Below are positions 1-11,547 of a stretch of 64,000 bases of DNA, piece by piece. Both the position numbers and the translations under genes were made by a program. The notes beneath the pieces are model-generated. The model saw only the letters and a list, made by a program, of their open reading frames with translations. It ran no database searches and had not been told where the DNA came from. The first letter of the stretch is position 1. The number at the start of each line of letters is the position of its first letter. This DNA is from Mobula hypostoma (Eukaryota). Location of the stretch: positions 107,882,001-107,946,000 of the forward strand of contig NC_086108.1 of assembly GCF_963921235.1 (NCBI RefSeq), given 5' to 3'.

Positions 1-144
1 TATAAACACTCAGAGCGGAATGTTTATTTGGTTTCATGGACCTGGGTCCTTTATGATTACCAAAGGAAAGCCCAGTTTCACTCTGTATTCTTCAGCCACT
101 GTGTCTCCCTGTCAATGCATTGTTAACTATAATTAAGATACTTT

Positions 145-665
145 ATTTCAAATGAACTGGCACAAAATTGAGTGGACAGCTACAGACCTATTCCCAGGGT
201 GGAAATGGCTAATACAAGGCTGCATAATTTTGAGCTGACTGGAGTAAAGTTTATTTTTGGGGGGGAATTGTCCACAGAGAGTGGTGGGTGCATGGAACAC
301 ACTGCCAGTGGACAGTGGCCGAGGCAGATATATTAGGGTCATTGAAGGCACTGGATGACAGAAATCGGGGTGGAGTAGCGAACAAGAGATTCTGCAGATG
401 CTGGAAATTCACACACACACACACACACACAAAATGTTGGAGGAACTCAGCAGATCAGGCAGTGTCTATGCAGTGGAATCAACAGTCGACATTTCAGGCT
501 GAGACAGTCCTGATAAGGGTTCCGGACCGAAATGTCACCGGTTCATTCCTCTCCGTAGGCGCCGCCTGAACTGAACGACTACATAGGGGGGACGGGTTAG
601 AAAGCTCGGCACAACGTTGTGGGCCGAAGGACCTGTACTGTGCTGTAGTGTTCCATGTTCTATAC
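145..665 (+). mobile_element. CR1-clade LINE 3' end fragment, interrupted by a Penelope-derived insert
   Basis: ttcccagggtggaaatggctaatacaagg...gagagtggtgggtgcatggaac...gggccgaaggacctgtactgtgctgtagtgttccatgttcta; the same 3' end recurs near 15640-15920 and 22820-23110. Confidence 0.7.
381..570. mobile_element. Penelope-derived fold-back short element (degenerate hammerhead motif)
   Basis: aacaagagattctgcagatgctgg...aaaatgttggaggaactcagcag...cagtcgacatttcaggctgagac followed by the inverted cagtcctgataagggttccggaccgaaatgtc. Confidence 0.65.
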
Positions 666-770
666 TTTAAGTTACGGGGAATTATCGGCGGGATCAAACC
701 TTAGCTGTAAATTCAACCACATTCCAGCAGCAACGGTAAGAAGACTCTTCTCCCGATTAAAACCTGCCTC

Positions 771-802
771 GTTGCCGCGTAACTGAATGTTACCATAGCA
801 AT
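771..802. promoter_or_regulatory. Pair of RFX X-box-like motifs beside a CpG-rich patch (candidate promoter)
   Basis: GTTGCCGCGTAAC (771-783) and GTTACCATAGCAAT (789-802) resemble GTTRCCATRGYAAC; they lie in apparently non-repetitive DNA next to CpG-rich 860-1170. Confidence 0.4.
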
Positions 803-1711
803 AGGTGATGAAATGTGGAGGTCTTCAGTTAATTAAATCTGGCCCGTTTGCTCATTTTGTGGCACCCGCCTCACGGGCACAGAGACGGGGTGTGAGCAGT
901 CAGCGCTGATTTCTCGGACAGGCTGATACCGAGACGGCTGCTCAGCCTTGCACCCGGTGCTGGGCGAGTTGCCGGCTGCTCCCTTTATCCTTCTCACAAC
1001 CTTTTTTCTCCCCCGCCGCTCGTTTCCCGACTGAGGGAAGAGCTGACTGTGGTCTCTGCACAGGTTCGGCCGACTGTCAGCCGCAACTGATAGAACGCAC
1101 TGCCCCCAGCAGCTCGCAGACAGAATAACACGCCTGAGAAACCAAAACCAGATTTCAGAGCATTCGCAGCAGGCTTTTTTACCCCTGAGATTGGGTGAGA
1201 CTAGAACGAGAGGATATGGGTCTCGGGGTGAAAGGTATTTTAACGGGGAACCTTTGGGAGAGCCTCTTCACTCGGAGGGTTATGAGAGTGTGGAACGAAC
1301 TGCCGGTGCGAGTGGTGAATGTGGGACCGATTTCAACATTTTAAAGAGAAATTTTTTATAGGTATATGGACGGGAGGGGTATGGCCCATTTACAGATTGA
1401 TGTGACTGGACAGATTAATAGTTCAGCATGGAAAAAATGGGTTGATGGTCCTGTTTCTGGTCTTCTGTAGCCTCTCTGAAACCTCCATGTCCTTCCTGTA
1501 ATGGATAACCTGCACTAAGTTAAAACTGACGTTATGTTCGGCACACACATTGTGGGCCAAAGGGCCTGTTCCTGTGCTGGAAGGAGGATATCACTCAAGG
1601 TTCTGTAGAGAACTACTGACTCGAGGGAATTTTTTCAGTCGATGAATCATCCCTATTTATCGTAGAACAGGGGTTCCCAACTTGGGAGTCCATGGACACA
1701 TTGTTTAATGG

Positions 1712-2237
1712 TGTTAAGCATCCGGCCTGAACACTGGGTCGAAGGGCCTCTGCTGGTAGCTCTGGATCACGACAGTCTTTAATTTCTGTTTTCTTTCACC
1801 TGGCCATGTGGGTTCTGGCCCAGCCCCTTTCCTTTTTTGGACTTCCTCCAATTACCTGCTTGTCTCCTCATTTGCACCCACCTGTGTCTAATTTTCACTC
1901 ATTACCCTGTCCATTTAGACCCTGCCTTGACTAGCATTTTCTGCCAGTTTGTCCCAGATTCTGACCTGTGTCGTTCTAGCCTGTCATTGTGTCTTCTGCC
2001 AACTGATTTTGCTTGATTCTGTGTTTTGGATTTTGCCTGTTCCTGGACCTGATTTTTGCCTGTGCGCTCTGAATTGTCTGCCCTCGCCTGACTGCCTTTC
2101 CTGGTAAGACCTCTGTCTACCATTTTGGATTCGTACCTGCCTTCCGTTTTTGAAAGACGTTTGCCCTTGGGCTCCCTAATAAACCCTGGTGAAAAAGTAT
2201 TCGTTGGTCTGCACTTGAGTCCCACCGAAACCTGACA
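1712..2237 (+). mobile_element. Probable solo LTR (Gypsy-like)
   Basis: Starts TGTTA and ends TGACA, with AATAAA about 55 bp before the end, CACCTG boxes and a T/C-rich body with repeated tttgcctg; inserted in a small hAT-type MITE starting near 1668. No clean TSD. Confidence 0.55.
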
Positions 2238-2274
2238 GAACCAGATAAATGGTAGAGGTCTATGGTATGTCTGG

Positions 2275-2915
2275 CCTCTGACCTCTTCTCACCTGCCTGT
2301 CATCTCCCCCTGGGTCCCCTCTGTCTTTCCTTTCTCCTGTGGTCCACTCTCCTCTCCCATCAGATTTGCTCTGCTCCAGCAATTTATTTTTCCAACCCAC
2401 CTGGCTTCACCTATCACCTTCTAGCTAATCGTCTCTCCCCTCCCCCCCACCTTTTTATTCTAGCATCTTCCCCTTTCCTTTTCAGTCCTGAAGAAGGCTC
2501 TCAGCCTGAAACATTGAGTGCTTATTCCTCGCCGTAGATGCTGCCTGACCTGCTGAGTTCCTCCAATGTCTTGTGTGTGTTTCTCTGGATTCTCAGCATC
2601 TGCAGAATCTCGCGGGTTGAACATTGTATTTAAGGAAGAGGAAGAAAGAGGCTGGTGGGATTGAATTGTGTGTGGGGGGGGAACTGGGTAGATCAGGAGG
2701 AGAGAGAAAAGAATAACTCACCGAAGATGCTGGAGGAACTCAGCAGGTCAGGCAGCATATACAGAAAGAAATAAAGAATTGACGTTTCAGGCTGAGACCC
2801 TGTTGGACCAAAAAGTTGTCTCTTTTAATCCCCTCCATAGGTGCTGCCTGACCTGCTGAGTTTCTCCAGCGTTTTGTGTGTGTTGCTCTGGATTTCCAGC
2901 ATCTGCAGAAGCTAT
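2275..2915. mobile_element. Penelope pseudo-LTR copy (+, hammerhead motif 2483-2520) followed by a fold-back short element at about 2725-2915
   Basis: Pyrimidine-rich tract, then cagtc-CTGAAGA-aggctctcagcct-GAAAC-att-gagtg and gatgctgcctgacctgctgagttcctcca; the second unit has inverted arms tgctggaggaactcagcaggtcaggcagca / tgctgcctgacctgctgagtttctccagcg. Confidence 0.7.
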
Positions 2916-3349
2916 TGTGTTTAGGAAAGAGAAAAGAGACATTTGACTGGAAATTGGAGAATCCAATGTTCATGCCTTTGTAGTATAGACTACCCAGGTG
3001 GAGCATGAGGTTCTGTTCCTGTAGTTTGCATTTAGTCTCACCCTTGCAGTAAAAGAGGCTGTTTCTAGAGTAGGTTACATGGTTGACACAACATTGTGGG
3101 CTGAAGGGCCTGTAGTGTGCTGTAGATTTCTATGTTCTATGTTGGTGTGATGATAGGGAGGGGAACTAAAATTGCTGGTAACTGGGAGCTCCAGATGGCA
3201 ACTTTGCAGGTGCTCAATAAAGCTGCTTCTATCTGGAAACACTATAATGCATAGACACAGAATTAGGCCTTTTAGCTCATCCAATCTACTCTGATATAGT
3301 GGAGGCCACATGAAATTTCAAAGTTCAAAGTAAATTTATTACCAAAGTA

Positions 3350-3572
3350 ACACACAAAATGCTAGTGGAACGCAGCAGGCCAGGCAGCATCCATAGGAAG
3401 AAGCACAGTCGAAGTTTCAGGCTGAGACACAGTTCAAGTCCTGACGAAGGGTCTCGGCCTGAAACATTGACTGTGCTTCTTCCTATGGATGCTGTCTGGC
3501 CTGCTGTGTTCCACCAGCATTTTGTGTGTGTTGCTTGAATTTCCAGCATCTGCAGATTTCCTCGTGTTTGCG
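3350..3572. mobile_element. Penelope-derived palindromic element with hammerhead ribozyme motif and 14-bp TSD
   Basis: Inverted arms of about 70 bp; agtc-CTGACGA-agggtctcggcct-GAAAC-att-gact at 3437-3472; flanks ttattaccaaagta (3336-3349) and ttattttcaaagta (3573-3586). Confidence 0.8.
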
Positions 3573-3654
3573 TTATTTTCAAAGTACTTATATGTCACCA
3601 TATACTACCTTGAGATTAATTTTCTTGCAAGCATTTACAATGAGAAACTCATTA

Positions 3655-3870
3655 GTGACACCAGTCACACCAACTATAAACTGTTTCAGCTGCTTCCGTC
3701 TGGCAAACGGTACCACAGCATTCAAGTCAGGACCTACAGGCTATGGGACAGCTTCTTTCTACAAGCCATTAGACTTAAATTCACATGTCTGTCCATTACA
3801 ACAGAGTCATAACGCAAAGATTTTTACTCCCTCGTGTTGTGGGGTGGATGTAAGATTTAAATAAATTCAA
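3655..3870 (+). mobile_element. Rex1/Babar-type LINE 3' fragment
   Basis: Translation DTSHTNYKLFQLLPSGKRYHSIQVRTYRLWDSFFLQAIRL matches the C-terminal motif (HP..LF.LLPSGRR....TTR..NSF.P.AIRLLN) seen many times in the window. Confidence 0.7.
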
Positions 3871-4685
3871 TATTTAAATTATGGATAAACTGAGAAAGAC
3901 TGGAGGTAGAAGATTAAAGGGAGATCTGACATAGGTATACAAACTTTGAGGGGTGTAAACAGGGCAAATGCAAGTAGGCTCTTTTCACTGAGGTTGGCTG
4001 AGACAAGAACTAGAGGTCATGGGGTTAAAAATGAAAGGGAAGATGTTTAAAGGGCACAGAAGGTTGTGAGAGAATGGAACAAACTGCCAGCCCAAGAGGT
4101 GCATGCAAGCTCATTGTCAGTGTTTAAGAGAAGTTTGGATAGGTGGTACATGAATGGTAGGGTTACGGAGGGCTAGGTTGGTGGGAGTTGGTAGGTTAAA
4201 TGGTTCAGCATGGATTAGATGGGCCAAAGGGCCTGTATCAGTGCTGTACTTTTCTGTGACTCTATTTAAGAGAAATTTGGGTAGATACATGGATGGGAGG
4301 AGTATGGAGTGTATGGTCCGGTCGATTGGACTAGGCAGATTGTTAGTTTGGCACAAACTAGATGGGCTGAGGGGCCTGTTTCTGTACTGTAGTGTTCTGT
4401 GACTATGACTGACAAATAACCAACGTGCATTGATGGCAAATACCTGTATTTCTTTCCCTGAAAATACCAGCAGAGATCTGGAGTTCAGTACACTCTGCCT
4501 GTGTCCTTCCCTTGTCACAGGCTAATCTGTAGTCTTCCTTTTCGGCCTGTTGAGCATTGTCCACGCTCCGCTCATAACTGGAGTGCTCCTGTGCTTAATA
4601 GAGATGCGCACTTAAAGGTTTGGTAAATTGAACCTGACTGCCTCTCAGATGAAAATCCTTCATACGTGTTTGTCTTCCTTTGCAG

Positions 4686-4735
4686 GATTCCTCAAAACTC
4701 CAGCAAGATGCTGAAGTCTACAACATCTAAATGTG
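4686..4735 (+). CDS. Candidate first coding exon of an unidentified host gene (5' UTR, ATG at 4708, MLKSTTSKC, phase-1 donor)
   Basis: Acceptor tgtttgtcttcctttgcag|G and donor TG|gtaagc bracket 50 nt in apparently non-repetitive DNA; ATG has a purine at -3 (AAGATG). No homology recognised. Confidence 0.4.
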
Positions 4736-5582
4736 GTAAGCTGCAGCTCTGCATTCTTATCAAGCAGTTAAGTGAGTGTGTGATGTTTTGCCGAAAGGGA
4801 GGGGATTGTATGCAGCATGTGACTGTAGTGTGCAGGGTAGGAACTCTGGCTCACCTAAGACACCTTCTCTGATGTGGTCAAGAGCAGAGGACCTTTACTC
4901 TCATCGTTACCTTCATTGCCTTCAATCTCCCATCACCGCAGGACTTGTACGTATCCAGGACAAAGAAGCAGGCAGGAAAAACTATTCCACACGCTCTCTA
5001 CCCTGCAAACTGCCTTTTCCAAAAGCTCTCTTCTGGAAAGCACTATAAAGCTATTAAAACAAACACTTCATGCCATTTTAAAAGTTTCTGCACCCTGCCA
5101 GTTAATCTGGTCAACCATTCCAGTTAGCTATCCCATCTCGCTCAATTGCCCCCATCACTGCACTGTAAACACTCTAAACTGCTGTTTAGAATGCTGTGCA
5201 CATTGTAAATACATGCTGGTATTTATACATTTATGCACAGTTTATTCCATCTCTATATTTTAACCTCTAATGATATTTTTATATAATATGGCACATTACA
5301 GGCTGCAGGAGTTTGTGCTGAGGGGTGCACTGAAGCTCGATGGGGAAGGTCTTCTGCTACTGGACAGGGAGAGGCCAGGCTGGGTGAGGAAGACCCTCGG
5401 TTATTGCAGTAGTATACCACCCCAGGGGTTACATGAGTGGTAGCTGTGCTATTTGTAAATGTTATTGATTTAGAATTACAGCGCAGAGCAGGCCCTATTG
5501 GCCCAATGAGCTGGATTACCTGCAGCCCACCTATTTAACCCTAGCCTCACAGAACATCTTACAATGACCAAAATAAATAATA

Positions 5583-5888
5583 AAGGCATCCGTTAGTCTT
5601 GCGAGACCATGGATCTGCGCCTGGAAAGTCTTCACTCTCCAGGGTGCAGCCCTGAGCAAGGTTGTATGGAAGACCAGCAGTTGCCCATGCTGCAAGTCTC
5701 CCCTCTCCACGACACCAATGTTGTCTAAGGGAAGGGCATTAGGACCCATACAGCTTGGCACCAGTGTCATCGCAGAGCAATGTGTGATTAAGTGCCTTGC
5801 TCAAGGACACAACATGTTGTCTCGGCTGGGGCTCGAACTCTCAACCTTCAGGTCGCTAGTCCAATGCCTTAACCACTTGGCCACGAGC
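5583..5888 (-). mobile_element. tRNA-headed SINE with CORE-like domain, copy 1 of 3
   Basis: Closely matches 10485-10789 (reverse complement) and 46469-46771; A box TGGCCAAGTGG and B box GTTCGAGCC on the minus strand. Confidence 0.85.
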
Positions 5889-6664
5889 TGTGTAACTCTA
5901 TAAAATTCAGATTAACAGTGTGAAGTATTTTTTTTTAAAAAAAGCAATAGTCATCAGTAATGTGAGCATAAAACTACTATAAAACATATCTATCAGTGTC
6001 CTTCAGAGGAGGAAGCACTGTCCTTATGTAGTCTGACCTGTACTGGCTCCTTGCCTACTAATGAGGCTGTCAAAGAAATGACTCGCGAAGCCATTCAGTT
6101 CACACCCAGACATGAGAAGACATTAAATGCTGTCCTTGCCTGCGATACAAAGATCTGGATACACTAGTAAAAGTTTCTTTTTATTAAAAAGCAAGACAGG
6201 ATTGTTATCAGAAAGAATTTCTTTGAAAAGTTAAGAGAAAATCAGGACAAAAGCTACAGATGCTAGAAATCTGAAATGTAAGAATCTCTGACCTGAACAT
6301 TGAGTTGTTTCTCCATGGATACTGGCTGACTTGCTGAATATTTCCAGCAATTCTTTTTTTTTTGGTTTCAAACTCCAAGTACCTAAAATTTATTTTTAAC
6401 TTCAGTGTGATAGCACAGCAGAGCTCTTCTGCCCAATGCACAATGTATCTGTGTATGTAACAGTGCATCAGTACCCAGCCTCTTAGAGAGAAGGCTGACA
6501 GCCCAAGACTACGTGGTTTCAAATCGCAGCTCAGATTTAGTTGTTCTAAGTCTGATCACTCTGGCCTTGGACTCCCTCATTACTGGAAACATCCCCTGTG
6601 CATCCACTTTATCTGTGCCTTTCAGTACTTGGTAGGTTTCAATGAAATCCCCCCCTTTTATTCT

Positions 6665-7095
6665 TTTCTCTTTCGCTGGAGAGTGAGCGCCTATTGCTCC
6701 TCGAGACAGGTGGCTTGGAAAAGCAACACAGATTTAACATCGGATCAGTGAGATTCTGGTCTCTACTGTTGTTGTTGCAGGAGTTTGGGCTCTCTCTCCC
6801 TCACCACGCCTGTCTGAGATACCGAAGTGCTGGTTTGTGGATTGTAGTTTTGATGGACTCTAAGATTAAGGACTCTTTGGGGCTTCTGCTGTTGTTTGCA
6901 TATGGGGGGAGTGGGGAGGTCAGTGCTTTTGCTGGCGGGGTGGGAACCAATGCTCTGCCTGCTGTTTGTGTGAAGGGAGGAGAAGGGGGCTTCGATGTGT
7001 CTATAATTCACTCTTTGGGGTTTCTTGTTCCGTGGATTCCTGTGAAGAGTACAAATTTCAGTTATCAATGTATATTGTATACATACTCTGATAAC
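6665..7095 (+). mobile_element. Non-autonomous retroelement with Rex1-like 3' tail
   Basis: 3' part (attcactctttggggtttcttgttccgtggattcctgtgaagagtacaaatttcag...gtatacatactctgata) resembles the reverse complement of 21790-21900 and 38190-38300. Confidence 0.5.
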
Positions 7096-7284
7096 TGGCT
7101 GGTGACGAAGTGGTATCCTCACTGGACTTCGAGACAAATGGTCCGGAGTTCGAACCCACTCTTTCCATCCATGCTAGGTTGAGCATCAAGCTGGTGAAGG
7201 CTTTGTAAACTGCTGAAGAAACGGCAAGTTTGCCGCTCGATGCGCCACAAGGTGCTGAAAGGAACAACAATGTACTCTGAAATT

Positions 7285-7650
7285 CAAATGTTGAAAGGAC
7301 TAGATAAGGTGGATGTGGAGAGGATGTTTTCTATGATGAGGGTATCCAGAACCAGAGGGCACAGCCTCAAAACTGAGGGGCGACCCTTGAGAACAGAGGT
7401 AAGGAGGAATTTTTTTTCAGCCAGAGAGCAGTGAATCTGTGGAATGCTCTGCCACAGACTGTGGTGGACTCCAAGTCCGTGGGTATATTTAAAGCAGGAA
7501 TTGATAGTTTCCTGACCGAGCAAATTGCATCGAAGGATATGGTGAGAAGGCAGAGGTATGGGGTTGAGTGGGATTTGGGATCAATGATGATGGAATGGTG
7601 GAGCAGATTCGATGGGCTGAATGGCCTAGTTCTACTCCTATGTCTTATGT
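7285..7650 (+). mobile_element. CR1-clade LINE 3' end
   Basis: MLKGLDKVDVERMF...RTRGHSLKTEGRPLRTEVRRNFFS, then NLWNALPQ in a shifted frame; typical CR1 ORF2 C-terminus plus 3' UTR ending ctcctatgtcttatg. Confidence 0.85.
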
Positions 7651-8445
7651 TAAAGGAACCTTTGAACTCCAGTAAGTATAGGCCCAGATGGGTCCAGCTC
7701 ACTGGGCAGTATAGTCAGCATGGATGAGTTGGGCTGAAGGGCCTGTTTCTGTGGTGTTTGACTCTATAACTGAACAACTCGATAACTGTGATGCTGCTTG
7801 TGAATGACAATTCTTTGGAAAAGTAGAAAAAGCTGCAACGGGCTTGGAATAGTGAGTCACCCAGTGAGTCACTACAGCTCAGAGGACGCAGTTGTGTTTA
7901 CAAAAGTGTCCTGTTTTGAATTTGACAGGACAGGAACAATGCAGAGTAAATAGACTTGCTACTCTGCTTATTAGCCCTGAGAGTGAATTATGAGACAGAG
8001 CCAGCAGGCTTTTAATTGTGTTTTCAGGACAACCAATCATTGTCGTATTAATATCAGCCGGAGCTGGGGTTCGCCAAGAAGCAGAACAAGGGCCCTCTGC
8101 GTAAGAGTGCAGGGAATGGTGTGTGCTCAGCAGAGTCAGTCCTGTTCTCTCGGCCACAGGGCTTTGCTGATCACAAGCAAGCAAGGCAATATATACCTGA
8201 CGGGCACCTTATGCAACCTCTGAGCATCCCCATGGTGCTCCACAGACAACTTTTCAAGCTGTAACACAGGAGACAGAGCAGCTGCAAGATCCCGTTAAGC
8301 AGCGACAGCTTCCCCTCTGTAGGGAGTCTCTGTATGTCCTCCCCGTGGAATGTGTGGGGTTTTCCCCAGGTGCTCTGGTTTCCTCCCACAGTCCAAATAC
8401 ATACCGGGTAGTTTACTCCGTCACTGTAAATTGTCCCGTGATTAG

Positions 8446-8957
8446 CAGACATCCCACCTCCGGGAGTCTCCCGCATATTAATAGTGGCTCCCTGATGCCC
8501 ACAAATTATATGCAATATCACGGAAATCAATCTTTTTGAGAGTGAGTGAGAGAAAGCAAGGGAGAGCGTGAGAGCGACCATGAGAGAGAGAGAGAGAGAG
8601 CGCGAGAGCGTGCCATGGCAGAGTGTTCCAAAAAAAGAAAATATAAAATGTACGTCACCCCAGACTACACTAAAGTGTACCCCTCCCTAATAGGGGTCAA
8701 AATAATGACAGTGTTGCTCGCTGCACTGTTTGCAACTGTGACTTTTCTATTGCCCATGGTGGGTTAAGACTGTATAAGATGTGTTGAGGTGAGTTTAATA
8801 GGTGTCATTCATTCATTAGCATAGCTAGTGATATTTAAACTAGCTGGCTAGCTGCTAAGGAGCTACTCTATTGCAGACATCCCACCTCTCCCGGGAGTCT
8901 CCCGCAAATTGATGGTGCTACCTCCCTGAAATGAGTTTTTGCAGGGTGGGATGTCTG
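8446..8957. mobile_element. Non-autonomous DNA transposon (MITE), 13-bp TIR CAGACATCCCACC, 6-bp TSD GATTAG
   Basis: Ends cagacatcccacc / ggtgggatgtctg; gattag at 8440-8445 and 8958-8963; splits a V-SINE; second copy in opposite orientation at 33535-34029. Confidence 0.9.
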
Positions 8958-10484
8958 GATTAGGTTAGTGTTAATCGGGGTTGTGGGGTTTGTGGGGCGC
9001 ATGGTCCTGGTGAGTGTGTGTCTTCAGGCTCCTGTGCCTCCTCCCTGATGGTAGTAATGAGAAGAGGACATGTCCAGGATGGTAAGGGTCCTTCATGATG
9101 GCTGCTGCCTTTAGGAAGCATTGCCTTTTGAAGATATCCTCGATGCTGGGGAGGGCTATGCTTGTGATGCAGCTGGCTGAATTTGCAACTCTGCAGCTTT
9201 TTCCGATCCTGTCTAGTATGGCCCCCTCCATACTAGACTGTGACCCATCCTCTACACCTCTATCAAGTCAGCTCTTTATTTTATTTGGACGTACAATGCA
9301 GAACAGGCCCTACCGGCCCAACGAGACGCATCGACCAGCAACCCACTTATTTAACCCTAGCCTAAACACTGGAAACCTACAATGACCAATTAACCTACCA
9401 AATGGTATGTCTTTGGACTGTCGGAAGAAGCTGCAGCACCTAGAGGAAACCCAGGCACTCACAGGAAGAATGTACAAACTCTGCTACAGAGGAACCTGGA
9501 AATGAACTCCGAACTCCCAATGCCACGAGCTAACCACTACGCTGCTGTGGTGGTCTATGTAAAGCCCATGCAAGACCCGGTGATGACCTGATGCTGATTC
9601 AACCAACACATCAAGCCAGTGGGAAGGCATGAATTGACGGCTGTAAGGACCACTAGCTGTCTTTCCAGCCCTCCCTCCCACATCCCTGTTTCAGCAGCCA
9701 GCAGCCTCTTCAGCACAGCCCACAGAACATTTGCATCGTTCGCCTTTTTGTTGCTTACCGTTGTCTGTCTGTGGACTTTGACTGGGCTATTGATTTCACA
9801 TTGTGCATGTTTATTCTGAATCCTGAATGAAGATTGATTCACTTTCTATGACTGCACATGTCAATAAGTTCAGATTCTTTAGGAACCAATTTGAAATGGC
9901 TTCTTTTCTTCCTCCCTGCTTAGAAAAGCTTGAATACATAATCCTAACCTTTCACTATTGAAGTCCAAAAGGCTAATGCATGACTTCTGTAACACAATCT
10001 CCGATTCTGATTCTGATAATGTGAAAGCAAAAATTTAAAGGGGACCTGAGGGGAAACGGTGTGTTGTTTTTGTGGAATGAGCCGCCGGAGGAAGTCGGCA
10101 GGCCTGCTCCCACTGACACCTCCCAGTCGCCACCCAACTAATAGGGGTTGTCTGCCTCTCGTTCCAGACTCCTCACCGGCAGCCTACTTAACCCCAGTTC
10201 TCAGCCACAGTCCTGGTTCATTCAACAAATGAGCCAGCCTCAACCAGTTACTCCCAGTTTTCACCCTCCCTGCCTAAAGTTTACCAAGTTGCCTGTTGCG
10301 TTTCATATCTGTTCTTTCTTATTTTGTGGCCCCTTGTGACTTATTGTTTTGCTGCCTGTATTAAAGTTATCATTCACTGCTGATTCATCCCCACTGCTGT
10401 GCTTTTCGGTCAAGCCTCCTGTACGTTTCTTGACAGAAGTGGTAGAGGTGGGTACAATTATATTTAAAAGATGTATAATCAGGT

Positions 10485-10789
10485 GCATGTGGCCAAGTGG
10501 TTAAGGCATTGGACTAGCGACCTAAAGGTCGTGAGTTTGAGTCCCAGCTGAGGCTGCGTGTTGTGTCCTTGAGCAAGGCACTTAATCACACATTGCTCTG
10601 CGACGACACTGGTGCCAAGCTGTATGGGTCCTAATGCCCTTCCCTTGGACAACATTGGTGTCGTGGAGAGGGGAGACTTGCAGCATGGGCAACTGCTGGT
10701 CTTCCATATAACCTTGCCCAGGCCTGTGCCCTGGAGAGTGAAGACTTTCCAGGCGCAGATCCATGGTCTTGCAAGACTAACGGATGCCT
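10485..10789 (+). mobile_element. tRNA-headed SINE with CORE-like domain, copy 2, 9-bp TSD, inserted in a CR1 3' end
   Basis: gcatgtggccaagtggttaaggcattggactagcgacc...gagtttgagtccc head; tgtgtccttgagcaaggcacttaatc CORE-like block; TSD taatcaggt at 10476-10484 and 10790-10798. Confidence 0.88.
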
Positions 10790-11547
10790 TAATCAGGTAC
10801 ATGGATAGGAAAGGTGGGTGTGGGCCAAGTGCAGGAAAATGGAACCAGCTCAGACAGGCAACTTGGCCAGGATGGGCTAGTTGGGCCAAAGGGCCCCCAT
10901 CATCCAGAACATGCTCTCTTCTCACTGCTGCCATCAGGAGGTTCAGGAACAGTTATTGCCCTTCAACCATCAGGCTCCTGAACTAACATGGATATCTCAA
11001 CACTGAACTGATTCCACAACCTGTGGACTTAATTTCAAGGACGCTACAACTCATGTTCTCAATGTTATTTATTTTTACATTTTTTTATTATTATATTTGC
11101 ACAGTTTTTCTTTTACATGTGTTTGTCAGTCATTGTGTGTGATTTTATATTCTATTGTATTCTACTGCAAGGAAATCAATCTGAGGCTAGTATAGAGTAA
11201 CATATGCTGTATGTACTTTGATAGTAAACTTACTTAGAATTTTGAAGGTCTGTACAGCATAGACTCTAAAGTAAAAGGTTCATCTTCAGATGAGATATCA
11301 AGTTTTCATCTGTCCTCTTGAGGTGGTAAAGACTTATAGCACAGAAAGAGACCCATTGGCCAACTGGACCGTGCCAAGCAAGATATCCAACCAGGTTAGA
11401 GCCCCCTGTTGGCATTTGGCCCATATCCCATGGCTCAGGATTTCCCAGCCTATTTTAAGCCATGGAACAATACCATTATGCAAGGGGTCTGTGAACCCTG
11501 GGTTAGGTACCCCTTATCTATGTTCTAAACCTTTCCTATCCACGTAC

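Noticed and set aside
10485..10556. tRNA-like sequence with A and B boxes
   Set aside because: It is the head of a three-copy SINE with TSDs; no complete acceptor stem or Pol III terminator, so not a tRNA gene.
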